Of a stretch of 18,901 nt of DNA, positions 1 to 8,543 are shown piece after piece. This DNA is from an uncultured bacterium (lineage in GTDB: Bacteria; CSSED10-310; CAZUFC01). Every line of letters begins with the position of its first letter. The first letter of the stretch is position 1. The notes beneath the pieces are model-generated. The model worked only from the letters and a program-made list of their open reading frames with translations, did no database searches and was not told the DNA's origin. The stretch is taken from positions 42,616 to 61,516 of the forward strand of contig CAZUFC010000040.1 in the NCBI GenBank assembly GCA_964619725.1, read 5' to 3'. A program made the translations under genes and the position numbers.

Positions 1-142
1 GATGAGCTGATGTAAGTTAGGCAATGATTTCAGCGGGGGTCAGAGCCCTGCGGAAACCTTTGATGAAGCTGAAATCATTCGACTCTGGATGAGCTGATGT
101 AAGTTAGGCAATGATTTCAGCGGGGGTCAGAGCCCTGCGGAA
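1..142 (+). repeat. 55-bp exact direct repeat (1-55 and 88-142; period 87 bp) containing a REP-like GGGGTCAGAGCCC core; may continue left of the window
   Basis: gatgagctgatgtaagttaggcaatgatttcagcgggggtcagagccctgcggaa occurs twice. The intervening 32 nt contain gctgaaatcatt (68-79), the reverse complement of aatgatttcagc (23-34). Confidence 0.9.
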
Positions 143-211
143 CGCTTTGCTTCGTCTTATTTTCAGATTTCAATGGAGCCGGCGGCAGCGCAAATTTTTT
201 TTTTGAGAAAA

Positions 212-225
212 TTGACCTGAGTCAA
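212..225 (+). promoter_or_regulatory. Crp/Fnr-family (HcpR/Dnr-like) binding box upstream of hcp
   Basis: Palindrome TTGAC-ctga-GTCAA, 120 nt upstream of hcp. A -10-like TATCCT at 247-252 would put the box centre near -41, which is class II activation geometry. hcp genes are commonly controlled by Crp/Fnr-family regulators. Confidence 0.7.
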
Positions 226-345
226 GGATTTATTTTACAGAGCGGGTATCCTCAAAAACGTATTCTTTCCGGCGCTGTCCCGGCAAAGGATAATGATTAA
301 ACGCGGTAACTTAATTCTCAACTCTTTCATCAGGAGGAAAAAATT

Positions 346-1983
346 ATGAAGATGTATTGTTTTCAATGTCAGGAAACAGGTAAAAACGGCTGCCTCAGCA
401 AAGGAGCTTGCGGCAAAGATGCGGAAACATCAGCTCTGATGGACCTTTTGATTTATGTGTCCAAGGGAATTTCTGTTCTGCAGAACGGTTTAAACAATGC
501 TCCAAAATCGGAAATGGAAACCGGACGATTTTTGACCGAATCTCTTTTCATAACCATAACTAACGCTAATTTTGATAAAAGCAGGATAATCGAATTTATT
601 AAGTCCGGAATTGAATTAAAGAATAAATTAATCGAACAGTATGATGAAGCCGCCGTGATGTGTTTGCCTGATTCGGCGCTATGGCATTCAGACAACGTCA
701 GCGATTTTTATAAGAAAGCATCGGTAATCGGCATAAAATCGACAACGGACGAAGATATCCGTTCATTGCGTGAAACTTTGATTTACGGATTAAAGGGAAT
801 AGCAGCCTATGCCCATCATGCTTCTGTTTTGGGTTATGAAAAAAGAAGTATTTATCAATTTATGATCGATGCGCTCGATGCTACCGTAAAAAACCTCAGT
901 CAAAAAGAGTTAACGGAAATGGTAATAAAGGCGGGACATACGGCTGTGGATACAATGTCGCTGCTTGATAAGGCACATACGACCGTTTATGGGCATCCTG
1001 AAATATCAAAGGTCAACGTCGGGGTGAGAAATCGACCTGGAATACTCATTTCCGGTCATGATATGAAGGATATGGAAGAATTGCTGAAACAAACGGAAAA
1101 TGCCGGAGTGGACGTGTACACACATGGAGAAATGCTCCCGGCGCATTATTATCCTTCCTTCAAAAAGTATGACCACTTCGCAGGCAATTACGGCGGTTCC
1201 TGGTGGAAACAAAACAAAGAATTCGAATCCTTTAACGGTCCTATCCTTATGACTACGAATTGTATCATACCTGTTCGGGAATCCTATCGAGAACGGATTT
1301 TTACTGCTGGAGCGGCGGGATATCCGGGAGTCAAGCATATTCCTGACAGAATAAACGGTCATGAAAAGGATTTTTCTGGATTGATTGAATTGGCCCGAAA
1401 ATGTGATCCTCCGCAGGAATTGGAGACAGGAGAAATAGTCGGGGGATTCGCTCATAACCAGCTCACGGCACTTGCCGATAAAATAGCAGACGCCGTCAAA
1501 TCAGGCGCTGTTAAACGTTTCATCGTGATGGCAGGATGCGACGGACGTCATAATTCCAGACAATACTATACCGACGTTGCCCGTGAACTTCCTCCAGATT
1601 CTGTCATCCTGACTGCAGGATGCGCAAAATATCGATACAACAAACTGAACCTCGGCGATATAAACGGCATACCCAGGGTTCTGGATGCAGGTCAATGCAA
1701 CGATTCTTATTCCCTGGCAGTGATTGCCCTGAAGTTAAAGGAAATTCTTGGTGCAGCCGACGTCAACGAACTCCCCATATCCTTCGATGTCGCATGGTAT
1801 GAACAAAAAGCCGTCGCCGTCCTCCTCGCCCTGCTGGCTCTCGGTTTCAAAAATATCCGGCTCGGTCCGACGTTGCCGGCATTCCTTTCACCAAACGTCG
1901 CTCAATTCCTTGTCGAAAACTTCGCCGTCAAATCGATCGATAATCCAAAAAATGACGTCGATCAAATGATGAAAGGAAAATAA
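346..1983 (+). CDS. hcp: Hybrid cluster protein (prismane / hydroxylamine reductase, NO reductase), class I
   Basis: 545 aa. N-terminal C-x2-C-x7-C-x5-C ([18 protein letters not shown]) and hybrid-cluster motifs ISGHD, YTHGEM, TTNC, GCDG, GCAKY, DAGQCND, WYEQKA. RBS AGGAGG at 332-337. Confidence 0.97.
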   Translation: MKMYCFQCQETGKNGCLSKGACGKDAETSALMDLLIYVSKGISVLQNGLNNAPKSEMETGRFLTESLFITITNANFDKSRIIEFIKSGIELKNKLIEQYDEAAVMCLPDSALWHSDNVSDFYKKASVIGIKSTTDEDIRSLRETLIYGLKGIAAYAHHASVLGYEKRSIYQFMIDALDATVKNLSQKELTEMVIKAGHTAVDTMSLLDKAHTTVYGHPEISKVNVGVRNRPGILISGHDMKDMEELLKQTENAGVDVYTHGEMLPAHYYPSFKKYDHFAGNYGGSWWKQNKEFESFNGPILMTTNCIIPVRESYRERIFTAGAAGYPGVKHIPDRINGHEKDFSGLIELARKCDPPQELETGEIVGGFAHNQLTALADKIADAVKSGAVKRFIVMAGCDGRHNSRQYYTDVARELPPDSVILTAGCAKYRYNKLNLGDINGIPRVLDAGQCNDSYSLAVIALKLKEILGAADVNELPISFDVAWYEQKAVAVLLALLALGFKNIRLGPTLPAFLSPNVAQFLVENFAVKSIDNPKNDVDQMMKGK

Positions 1984-2005
1984 AATCACAGATTGCAACG
2001 GGAAA

Positions 2006-2070
2006 CAGCGCCTGTCCGCTAACGCCATTCACGACTCAAATTTTTATGCTGGACAGGCGCTGCGGTTTTT
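2006..2070 (+). terminator. Possible terminator or stem-loop downstream of hcp
   Basis: 12-bp perfect inverted repeat cagcgcctgtcc (2006-2017) / ggacaggcgctg (2051-2062), followed by cggttttt. The 33-nt loop is long for an intrinsic terminator. Confidence 0.4.
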
Positions 2071-2213
2071 AATCCAAAAAGGAGTTAAGAACCGTCACTA
2101 TAATATACAAACTCCGCAGATTCAGCTCCCCCGTAATGGCCCCGGTTTTCAGCAGAAGTTAAACGACGGAAACGCCGGCTTGAGCAGAGCAAAACCAAAC
2201 GGAGGAGCGGGTC

Positions 2214-2327
2214 TGCGAAGGGATCAGAGCCCTTCGCAAACCATTGGCTGGTCTTAAATCCATTGCCCCCTGGGCAGCGGAGGCAATATCGGCAAAGGTT
2301 TCAGCGGGGGTCAGAGCCCTTCGGAAA
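2214..2327 (+). repeat. Two REP-like hairpin copies in the hcp-protease intergenic region
   Basis: tgcgaaggg-atcagag-cccttcgca (2214-2238, perfect 9-bp stem) and tttcagcgggggtcagagcccttcggaaa (2299-2327), which differs by one base from 28-56. Confidence 0.8.
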
Positions 2328-2723
2328 GCATTGGGCAGACAAAAGATCGTCTCCGTACTGCTGCTCGCCCTGGTTTAACCTGGGAGATACTGGAATTTGG
2401 ATATTGAGCATTTGGTTAAAGAGGAAACATTATTTTTTCCGACTGCCGAGTGCAACCGTTCATTTTTATAAAAACAACCGTTCAAAAATGAAATTACTCT
2501 TCTCTTCTGTATGCGGATCAACAAGTAAAAACAAATATCCGTAAAATTGCCTCCCTTTTAATCTATTGCAAAATAATAACTTATTATCCTTAACTAAGAT
2601 TATTGCAGCGCTTCCGCACGATCAGGCATGATTTTCGCCATTTGATTCAGCGGAATTCGGAAAGGTTGCTTAGAGGCCTCGAAGCGATCAGTTTTTTAAC
2701 CAGTTTTCGTAAGGAGAAGGATA

Positions 2724-5015
2724 ATGAAAAAGTTCAAGTATCTGTGGACGGTATTGGCGGCGGCAGCCGTGTTATTGTGCGCTCAGGGAGCTGATTTGTC
2801 GGCTGACATGGGGCAGGTTCAGGACGTGACCTACGGCAGCGGCAAATGTTCGCCTTGGCTGTTGGATAAGATGGAGACTATGGATTCATCCGGGAGGTTG
2901 AACGTGATACTGACGTTGACTGAGCAGCCTTTGTCCCGAATAGCGGAAGAGGTGCGTTATGACTACTCCGGTTTGGTTGAGGGTTTGGAAAATGAGTTAC
3001 GGGAAATAAACAGGATTGAATCTCATTCGGCGGAATTAACGGCTGACAAGTATGAAGAACGGGAATTGGCCGCCTACAAGGGATATGTATTGAGTGACGA
3101 GCAGTATGAGCGAAAGCAGGCAATACTGGAGGAGCTGGATGATTTGCGGACGGAGATAAATCATGAGATCGGCCGGCATGTTGAAGCGGAAACACGGGAG
3201 CAGCAGGAAGAGGTTGCGTCTCTTCTGGAGAGTTGGGGTTGTCCGGTATTAAACAGAGTACGGCTGACGAATGCGATTTCGTCAAATGTGCCTGGAGAAA
3301 TGATTCCCATACTCGAAGCCGATCCTGACGTAATGTGGATAGACCTTAGCCATGTGCGTGAGGGGCATCTGAACACGAGTATATGCACGGTCGGCGCGGA
3401 TACTTCATTCTGGGATGAGGGATACACGGGAGCAAGCTGCGAAGGGGGCATATTGGATTCAGGAGTGGATGAAGATCATCCGGCATTTTCCTGGAAATCG
3501 TTCCAGTCGCATGTATCGCTGGCGACAGGCAGCACATCTCCTTATTTCGATGACGTGACTTCTTCAAATGATGACCTGCACGGTCACGGGACCCACGTAA
3601 CGGGCATAGTATGTTCGAATGATTCCACATATCCTGGCGTAGCGTATAACGACAACAATAATGTGAATTTGAAGGCCGCCTATAATGCATCGATAGGCGG
3701 AGCTTTCATGAACGATGACGATGCCATGGCTGCAGTGGACTGGGCGCTGTTCGACGCATCGGATGATGCCGAAGTTTTCAATTTAAGTTACGGTTCGACG
3801 GCCTCATCCGACGACAATTCCTACTGCCGGTTCTGGGATTCCGTTGTGGACGACATGGGCTGCATGGTAACGATTTCCGCGGGCAACAGCGGACCGACGG
3901 GTCGAGTGGGTTCTCCGAGCATCGCTTACAATTGCATGAGCGTAGCCAATATAAACAATAAAAATGACTGCAGCACGTCTAACGACGAGTGGCATTCAAG
4001 CAGCAGCATCGGACCGACATTGGGATACAGGTCCAAGCCTGACATCGGCGCTCCCGGAAAAAGCATCAAATCCGCCAACAACAACTGGGAAGGCATATCA
4101 GCTAATTTCGTCAATATGACGGGAACGAGTATGGCTGCTCCTCATGTAGCCGGCGCCTGTCTACTTCTGGCCGATTACGGCATAACTTCGCCCAGGGAAC
4201 AGAAAGCGTTGTTGCTGAACACGGCGGATGATGTGGAAAACATAGGCGTATGGAATAAATATTACGGTCACGGCGCCTTAGACCTGGACCATGCCTGGTA
4301 TCATCGCAACGACGTTTTTACTGATTACGTGTACGATTCCCGATATGAGGTTGAAGACCGTTACAGATTGTATACGGGACATATGTACGAAGATGACAGA
4401 ATAACGATGGTCCGTAACCGCCACGCGGACTATAACGGCGATTATCCCACCGATTATTACGATTTAAGCAATATTAACCTGTATCTGTACAGGGAAACGA
4501 CCAATGCGATGCTGGACGCGGACACCGGAAGCACAGACAACGTATGCATGGTGGAACAGGAAGACTATTCCGGCGTAGATGTAGTAGCGAAAGTAAGGAG
4601 TTACGGGGAATTCGAACATAATTCAGGATGGGACTTCTTCGCAATGGCCACCGAAGAAGGTTTCGAGCCGGCGGAAGTGGACCTCTCCGTCAGCCTCTCC
4701 AGAACGACTTATGATTTCATAATCTTTTACCTGGTCGAAATCGTCGTTTCGGTCACCAACGACGGGAACGTCCGGGCGCACGATTGCGATGTAGTCCTGG
4801 ACATTCCGGACGACTGGACATGGTACGAAGGGTACGACGGAACAATGAACATCGGAGACGTAGACCCCGGAGAAACCGTCGAATGCACATTCATCGCAGC
4901 CGATGACGAACTGGGATTCTATTCTCTCACCGCTGAGGTCGAAAGCCTCAGCTACGGCGAAACCTTCTCCGATTCCGTCACCCGCATCTATCGTCCTATG
5001 ATTCCATTACCCTGA
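2724..5015 (+). CDS. Secreted S8 (subtilisin-like) serine protease with long propeptide and C-terminal Ig-like (CARDB-like) domain
   Basis: 763 aa. Signal peptide MKKFKYLWTVLAAAAVLLCAQGA. Catalytic motifs GILDSG, HGHGTHVTG, SAGNSG (oxyanion Asn) and GTSMAAPHVAG. C-terminal VSVTNDG...IGDVDPGET beta-sandwich pattern. RBS AAGGAG at 2711-2716. Confidence 0.93.
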   Translation: MKKFKYLWTVLAAAAVLLCAQGADLSADMGQVQDVTYGSGKCSPWLLDKMETMDSSGRLNVILTLTEQPLSRIAEEVRYDYSGLVEGLENELREINRIESHSAELTADKYEERELAAYKGYVLSDEQYERKQAILEELDDLRTEINHEIGRHVEAETREQQEEVASLLESWGCPVLNRVRLTNAISSNVPGEMIPILEADPDVMWIDLSHVREGHLNTSICTVGADTSFWDEGYTGASCEGGILDSGVDEDHPAFSWKSFQSHVSLATGSTSPYFDDVTSSNDDLHGHGTHVTGIVCSNDSTYPGVAYNDNNNVNLKAAYNASIGGAFMNDDDAMAAVDWALFDASDDAEVFNLSYGSTASSDDNSYCRFWDSVVDDMGCMVTISAGNSGPTGRVGSPSIAYNCMSVANINNKNDCSTSNDEWHSSSSIGPTLGYRSKPDIGAPGKSIKSANNNWEGISANFVNMTGTSMAAPHVAGACLLLADYGITSPREQKALLLNTADDVENIGVWNKYYGHGALDLDHAWYHRNDVFTDYVYDSRYEVEDRYRLYTGHMYEDDRITMVRNRHADYNGDYPTDYYDLSNINLYLYRETTNAMLDADTGSTDNVCMVEQEDYSGVDVVAKVRSYGEFEHNSGWDFFAMATEEGFEPAEVDLSVSLSRTTYDFIIFYLVEIVVSVTNDGNVRAHDCDVVLDIPDDWTWYEGYDGTMNIGDVDPGETVECTFIAADDELGFYSLTAEVESLSYGETFSDSVTRIYRPMIPLP

Positions 5016-5047
5016 AAATTATTCCTCCTTAGTCATATAAATCACCA

Positions 5048-5086
5048 CGGCGGACCGCTTAAAAAAAAACGGCCCGTCGCTTTTTT
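5048..5086 (+). terminator. Intrinsic terminator between the convergent protease and methyltransferase genes
   Basis: Imperfect GC-rich stem cggcggaccg / cggcccgtcg with an A-rich loop, followed by a T6 tract, 32 nt after the protease stop. Confidence 0.6.
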
Positions 5087-5098
5087 ATTATTCCCTGA

Positions 5099-5869
5099 TT
5101 ATTTCCGGTCTTTTTTATTGAGAATTAGCGTCCTGAACACAAAAAATATGAAGTCCTGAAGCAGATCAGGCGCCGTTTTTCTCATGCGGGTGAGTTTTGT
5201 TCGCATTCGGTCCCATCTGGTCGGATTACCGGTCTTTGTTGCGTACAGGATCGAATCCGCCAAGCCTACGTTCTTAAAGCCATTCCGGTTAAATATAACT
5301 TCATGGGCGGCTTTTCTGACTTCGGGCCAACCGGTCATTCGGTATTTCTTTATGAACATGTGATAAGGGGAGAGACAATAGCGCATGGCGCAGGTCGTAT
5401 CATGAAAGGCTATTATGCCGCCGTCGACTACAAAAGGAGACCAGAAAAAAAAATCCGCTTTGACGGATTCGTAATCATGAGCGCCGTCAATAAATAGCAG
5501 TTCAATCGGCTTATTCCATTTCGAAACGGCTTTTTCCGACGTATGGACGATAGGTTTTACCAGATCGCTCAACCCTGCAGTATCAAGGTTTTTCGTAAAT
5601 TCCTCCAAAGTCGATTGCTGCTGCAGCTCGGTATGCAGAGAAGTCTGAGCATGAGGATCAATGGCATAGACTTTTGTTTTTTTGCCGGCTTTAGAACCTC
5701 CGGCCAGCCAGACAGTGGATTTTCCTTTCCAGGAGCCTATTTCCACTACAACGCCCCTGCCTGAGACGCTTTTCGCAGCCTGATACAGGAAGCTTCCCTC
5801 CCTGTTCGTCAACCAACCCTCGATATTCTCCGCCGAATTTTTGATTTCATCAAAATATCTTTTCTTCAT
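5099..5869 (-). CDS. Class I SAM-dependent methyltransferase (Methyltransf_24-like)
   Basis: 256 aa. Motifs GWL, VVEIGSWKGKST, VYAIDPH, LLFIDGAHDYESVKAD and GGIIAFHD. RBS AAGGAG just upstream. Confidence 0.9.
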   Translation of the reverse strand: MKKRYFDEIKNSAENIEGWLTNREGSFLYQAAKSVSGRGVVVEIGSWKGKSTVWLAGGSKAGKKTKVYAIDPHAQTSLHTELQQQSTLEEFTKNLDTAGLSDLVKPIVHTSEKAVSKWNKPIELLFIDGAHDYESVKADFFFWSPFVVDGGIIAFHDTTCAMRYCLSPYHMFIKKYRMTGWPEVRKAAHEVIFNRNGFKNVGLADSILYATKTGNPTRWDRMRTKLTRMRKTAPDLLQDFIFFVFRTLILNKKDRK

Positions 5870-5925
5870 AGACTCCTTTATTTTGAACAGGTTTAGTTAT
5901 TATTTTCTGAATCTTGATGTATTTT

Positions 5926-6136
5926 TCAAGAGGCTTCATTTTTTCGAGCGTTCAATTTCAAAGTAAACTTGGTAGTGACCCCGCCGTTTTCTTCAAGGAT
6001 AATTTCGCCGCCGTGGGCTCTTGCGATTTCCCTTCCCATCCCGACATCCGGCGAACAACGGCATATATCCGGGCGATCAGCTCCTCCATATGAAAACGGC
6101 TATTTTCTTTCCGTCTTTTACAACAAGAACCTTCAT
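5926..6136 (-). pseudogene. Collapsed remnant of a response regulator-histidine kinase pair
   Basis: The minus strand from ATG 6136 reads MKVLVVKDGKKIA (receiver-domain N-terminus). A different frame then reads (PF)..MEELIARIYAVVRR (receiver C-terminal helix), and 6033-5926 reads REIARAHGGEIILEENGGVTTKFTLKLNARKNEAS*, a paralogue of the kinase tail at 7884-7991. Confidence 0.75.
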
Positions 6137-6561
6137 CCCGGCAAAAATAATACAGGGCAGAACAAGGAACTGCAACATTACAATTTCGTCATTTTTCCGC
6201 TTAAACAGATATAAGACAAATGCATTTTTCCGAAACCTTCCAGAAACTATGCCTCTTCAGCCAAAATCATTCCTAATGCTTATAAACCATAGATTCGAGG
6301 GGGGAGCCCCGGCTTTTGAGCAGTTCCGATAATAGCTGCATCACCCGCCGTATCAGATAAATCAACGCCGGCTGGATTGGCGGACTCAATCCGCCCTGAC
6401 CCGGTTAGTCGTCTTTTCCTTTATAGTTCATCTTATTGATGCGTGATTCCGATACATCCTCGACCGGGAATTCGCTGTCCTTATTCCGACTGCCGGCGAG
6501 TATGGCGCCGACCGGATCGACACCGATTCCGACGCCGACCGAAGCAAAGCGCCGTCAGCCC

Positions 6562-6651
6562 GACCAACCACCCGGATGAACCGGACGGCGAAAACGCTTT
6601 TTCAAAAGCCGACGCGGATTCGTCGCCACCGGTTATCCTAAGCCGTTAGTT
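6562..6651 (+). mobile_element. Integron attC recombination site (90 bp)
   Basis: R'' GACCAAC (6562-6568), L'' GATGAACC, L' GGTTATC (6631-6637) and R' GTTAGTT (6645-6651). The arms ggatGaaccggAcggcg / cgccaccggttatcc pair with two unpaired bases at the positions typical of attC extrahelical bases. Both R-L spacers are one nt longer than in the textbook aadA7 site. Confidence 0.75.
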
Positions 6652-6680
6652 TCAGGTGTCGCCCATGGAGAAACAGATAG

Positions 6681-6709
6681 TTGAGCATTGCATACAGAAT
6701 TGGTATAGT
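6681..6709 (+). promoter_or_regulatory. Sigma70-type promoter of the toxin-antitoxin cassette
   Basis: -35 TTGAGC (6681-6686), 17-nt spacer, extended -10 TGg-TATAGT (6701-6709), then RBS AAGGAGGT (6723-6730). Confidence 0.7.
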
Positions 6710-6736
6710 ATAGGCGTGTCACAAGGAGGTAACCTT

Positions 6737-6964
6737 ATGACTGAAGATGCAACGAAAGTGTTAGAGGCAGCGTTGATGTTGCCGGTGAACGAGCGGGCTT
6801 CCATCGCAGGAATGCTTTTGGAGAGTCTTGATGAAACGGTTGACGAAAAGGTGGAACAGGCTTGGTCTAAAGAAATTGCTCGGCGAATCCAGGAGATTGA
6901 TGAGGGTAAGGTTATAACCGTCCCTTGGTCAGTGGCTAGAGAACAAATCATGGGTGGAAAATAA
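6737..6964 (+). CDS. Addiction module antitoxin (TIGR02574-like), 75 aa
   Basis: ALMLPVNERASIAGMLLESL...AWSKEIARRIQEIDEGKV..PW pattern of this family. ATG 6737 follows a strong RBS, so it is preferred to the ORF-track start at 6656. Confidence 0.9.
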   Translation: MTEDATKVLEAALMLPVNERASIAGMLLESLDETVDEKVEQAWSKEIARRIQEIDEGKVITVPWSVAREQIMGGK

Positions 6965-7267
6965 TTGGCGACCGTTGAGCTTCATCCCGAGGCGATTGCT
7001 GAGGCAGCACAAGCACGGAAGTGGTACGCCGAGAGAAGTGAACGAGCGGCGGATGGTTTTATTCAAGAACTCGATCAGGCAATTGACAGAATTTCAGAAG
7101 CGCCGGAGCGATGGCCCAATTATCTTCATGGAACCCGGCGATATCTGATGCGACGCTATCCATATTTCGTTGTATATCGGGGCCCTGGAGAAAAGGTAGA
7201 AGTGGTTGCTATTGCACACGGCCGTAGGAAACCTGGCTATTGGCGACGGCGAAAGGTGCACAACTGA
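6965..7267 (+). CDS. Type II toxin, RelE/ParE superfamily
   Basis: 100 aa, TTG start immediately after the antitoxin stop. HPEAIAE...WY...PERWP...RRYLMRRYPYFVVYR...VVAIAHGRRKPGYW. Confidence 0.92.
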   Translation: MATVELHPEAIAEAAQARKWYAERSERAADGFIQELDQAIDRISEAPERWPNYLHGTRRYLMRRYPYFVVYRGPGEKVEVVAIAHGRRKPGYWRRRKVHN

Positions 7268-7301
7268 CAAGCGGATGAACCGGACGGCGAAAACGCTTTT
7301 T
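7262..7301 (+). mobile_element. Truncated attC site (left arm only) closing the TA cassette
   Basis: R''-like AACTGAC overlaps the toxin stop codon, followed by a 5-nt spacer and L'' GATGAACC. 30 bp (7272-7301) are identical to 6573-6602. The right arm is missing and replaced by a REP-like element. Confidence 0.7.
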
Positions 7302-7326
7302 TTGCGACGGGCTCTGCCCCCTTTCC
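7301..7326 (-). repeat. REP-like element copy at a rearrangement junction
   Basis: tttgcgacgggctctgccccctttcc, 25/26 identical to 10779-10804. It is the reverse complement of the GGGG(T)CAGAGCCC family. Confidence 0.8.
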
Positions 7327-7327
7327 G

Positions 7328-7827
7328 TTAAAGGCAATAGCGCATGGCGCAGGTCGTATCATGAAAGGCGATTATGCCGCCGTCAATTACAAATGGAGAT
7401 TAGGACAGAAAATCAGTTGTAACGGAATCATAATCATGTGCTCCGTCGATAAAAAGCGGGTCAATCGGCTCATCCCATTTTGCAACAACATTTTCCGACG
7501 TTTCGACGACCGGTTTCACCATGTCCTTCATTCCTGCCGCCTTCAGGTTCTCCGTAAATTCATCTAAAGTCGATTTCTGTTGCAACTCGCTGTGCAGGTT
7601 AGTCTGAGTGTGAGGATCAATCGCATAGACTTTTGTTTTTTTGCCGGCTTTAGAACCTCCGGCCAGACATACAGTGGATTTTTCTTTCCAGGAACCCATT
7701 TCCACTATGACGCCTTTGCCGGAGCAACTTTTCGCCGCTTGATAGAGAAAAAAACCTCCCTGTTCGTCAACCAGCCTTCAATGTCGTCCGCTGCTTTTTT
7801 TATTTCATCAGAATAACTTTTTTTCAT
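7328..7827 (-). pseudogene. Pseudogene paralogue of the 5099-5869 methyltransferase
   Basis: Starts MKKSYSDEIKKAADDIEGWLTNRE at 7827. There is a 1-bp deletion near 7755, and TAA at 7400-7402 replaces a Trp. It then reads SPFVIDGGIIAFHDTTCAMRYCL*, and the last ~90 codons are missing. Confidence 0.9.
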
Positions 7828-7883
7828 GGATTCCTTCATTTTGAATAGTATTGGATTATTCTTTCCTTATCTTTCATATATTT

Positions 7884-8543
7884 TCAGGAACTGTCTCTTT
7901 TTCGAGCGTTCAATTTCAAAGTAAACCTGGTAATGCCCCCGCCGCTTTCTTCAAGGACAATATCGCCGCCGTGGGCTCTTGCGATTTCCCTGGAGAGCGC
8001 CAGCCCCAGTCCGAAACCCTCTTTTTTACGGTTGTGAGCCGGATTGCCCCGGAAAAAGCGGTCGAAATTTTTATCCTGAAGGTCTTCTGGGATATTTTTG
8101 CCGGCATTGGCAATGGTCAGGAGTATCCGGTCTTTCCGTTTTTTGAGCGAAACTCGGATGAATCCGTTTTGAATATTATATTTAACGGCATTGTCCGTAA
8201 GGTTGAGCAATGCCTGCTCAAGCAGTCGCTTATCGCCGTCAGTCCAGATATCCGGTTCGATTTCAGATTCAAACTTGAGATTGGGATTCATGGCGGGAAC
8301 ATCTTCTGTAATCTCTTTCACCAGGAGGCTGAAGTCGAGAGGTTCTTTATGAAGGGGAAGTCTTCCGGAATCTGCCTGGGAGAGCAGCAGGAGTTTCTGC
8401 GTAATGGATTTAAGCCTGGCTGTTTCTTCCAGGAGATTGCTGAAAGTTCTTTGAATGTCAATACCGGGCGGAGCGTTTTGAACGGCCTGTTCCAATTCGC
8501 CCTAGATGATGGTAAGGGGCGTTTTTAGTTCATGAGCGGCGTC
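7884..8543 (-). pseudogene. 5'-truncated sensor histidine kinase (HisKA + HATPase_c) with nonsense mutation
   Basis: The in-frame extension of the 203-aa ORF reads DAAHELKTPLTII*GELEQ (H-box; TAG at 8502-8504). N box NLTDNAVKY, F box FDRFFR, G2 box GFGLGLAL. There is no sensor, transmembrane or HAMP region upstream of 8543. Confidence 0.88.

Noticed and set aside
1-142. CRISPR array (55-bp repeat, 32-bp spacer)
   Set aside because: Only two copies, the repeat is long, the spacer is partly the reverse complement of the repeat, the core recurs as a dispersed element, and no cas genes are in the window.
2263-2794. Short ORFs 2263-2544 and 2603-2794
   Set aside because: TTG starts without RBS, crossing REP-like or AT-rich intergenic DNA or overlapping the protease start.
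6656-6736. Longer N-terminus of the antitoxin given in the ORF track
   Set aside because: It overlaps the predicted promoter, and the strong RBS supports ATG 6737.
6573-7301. 30-bp direct repeat as a target-site duplication or prophage att pair
   Set aside because: No transposase or integrase is present, and the repeat is better explained as the shared left arm of two attC sites.
7851-8528. 225-aa plus-strand ORF
   Set aside because: Antisense shadow of the histidine kinase frame.
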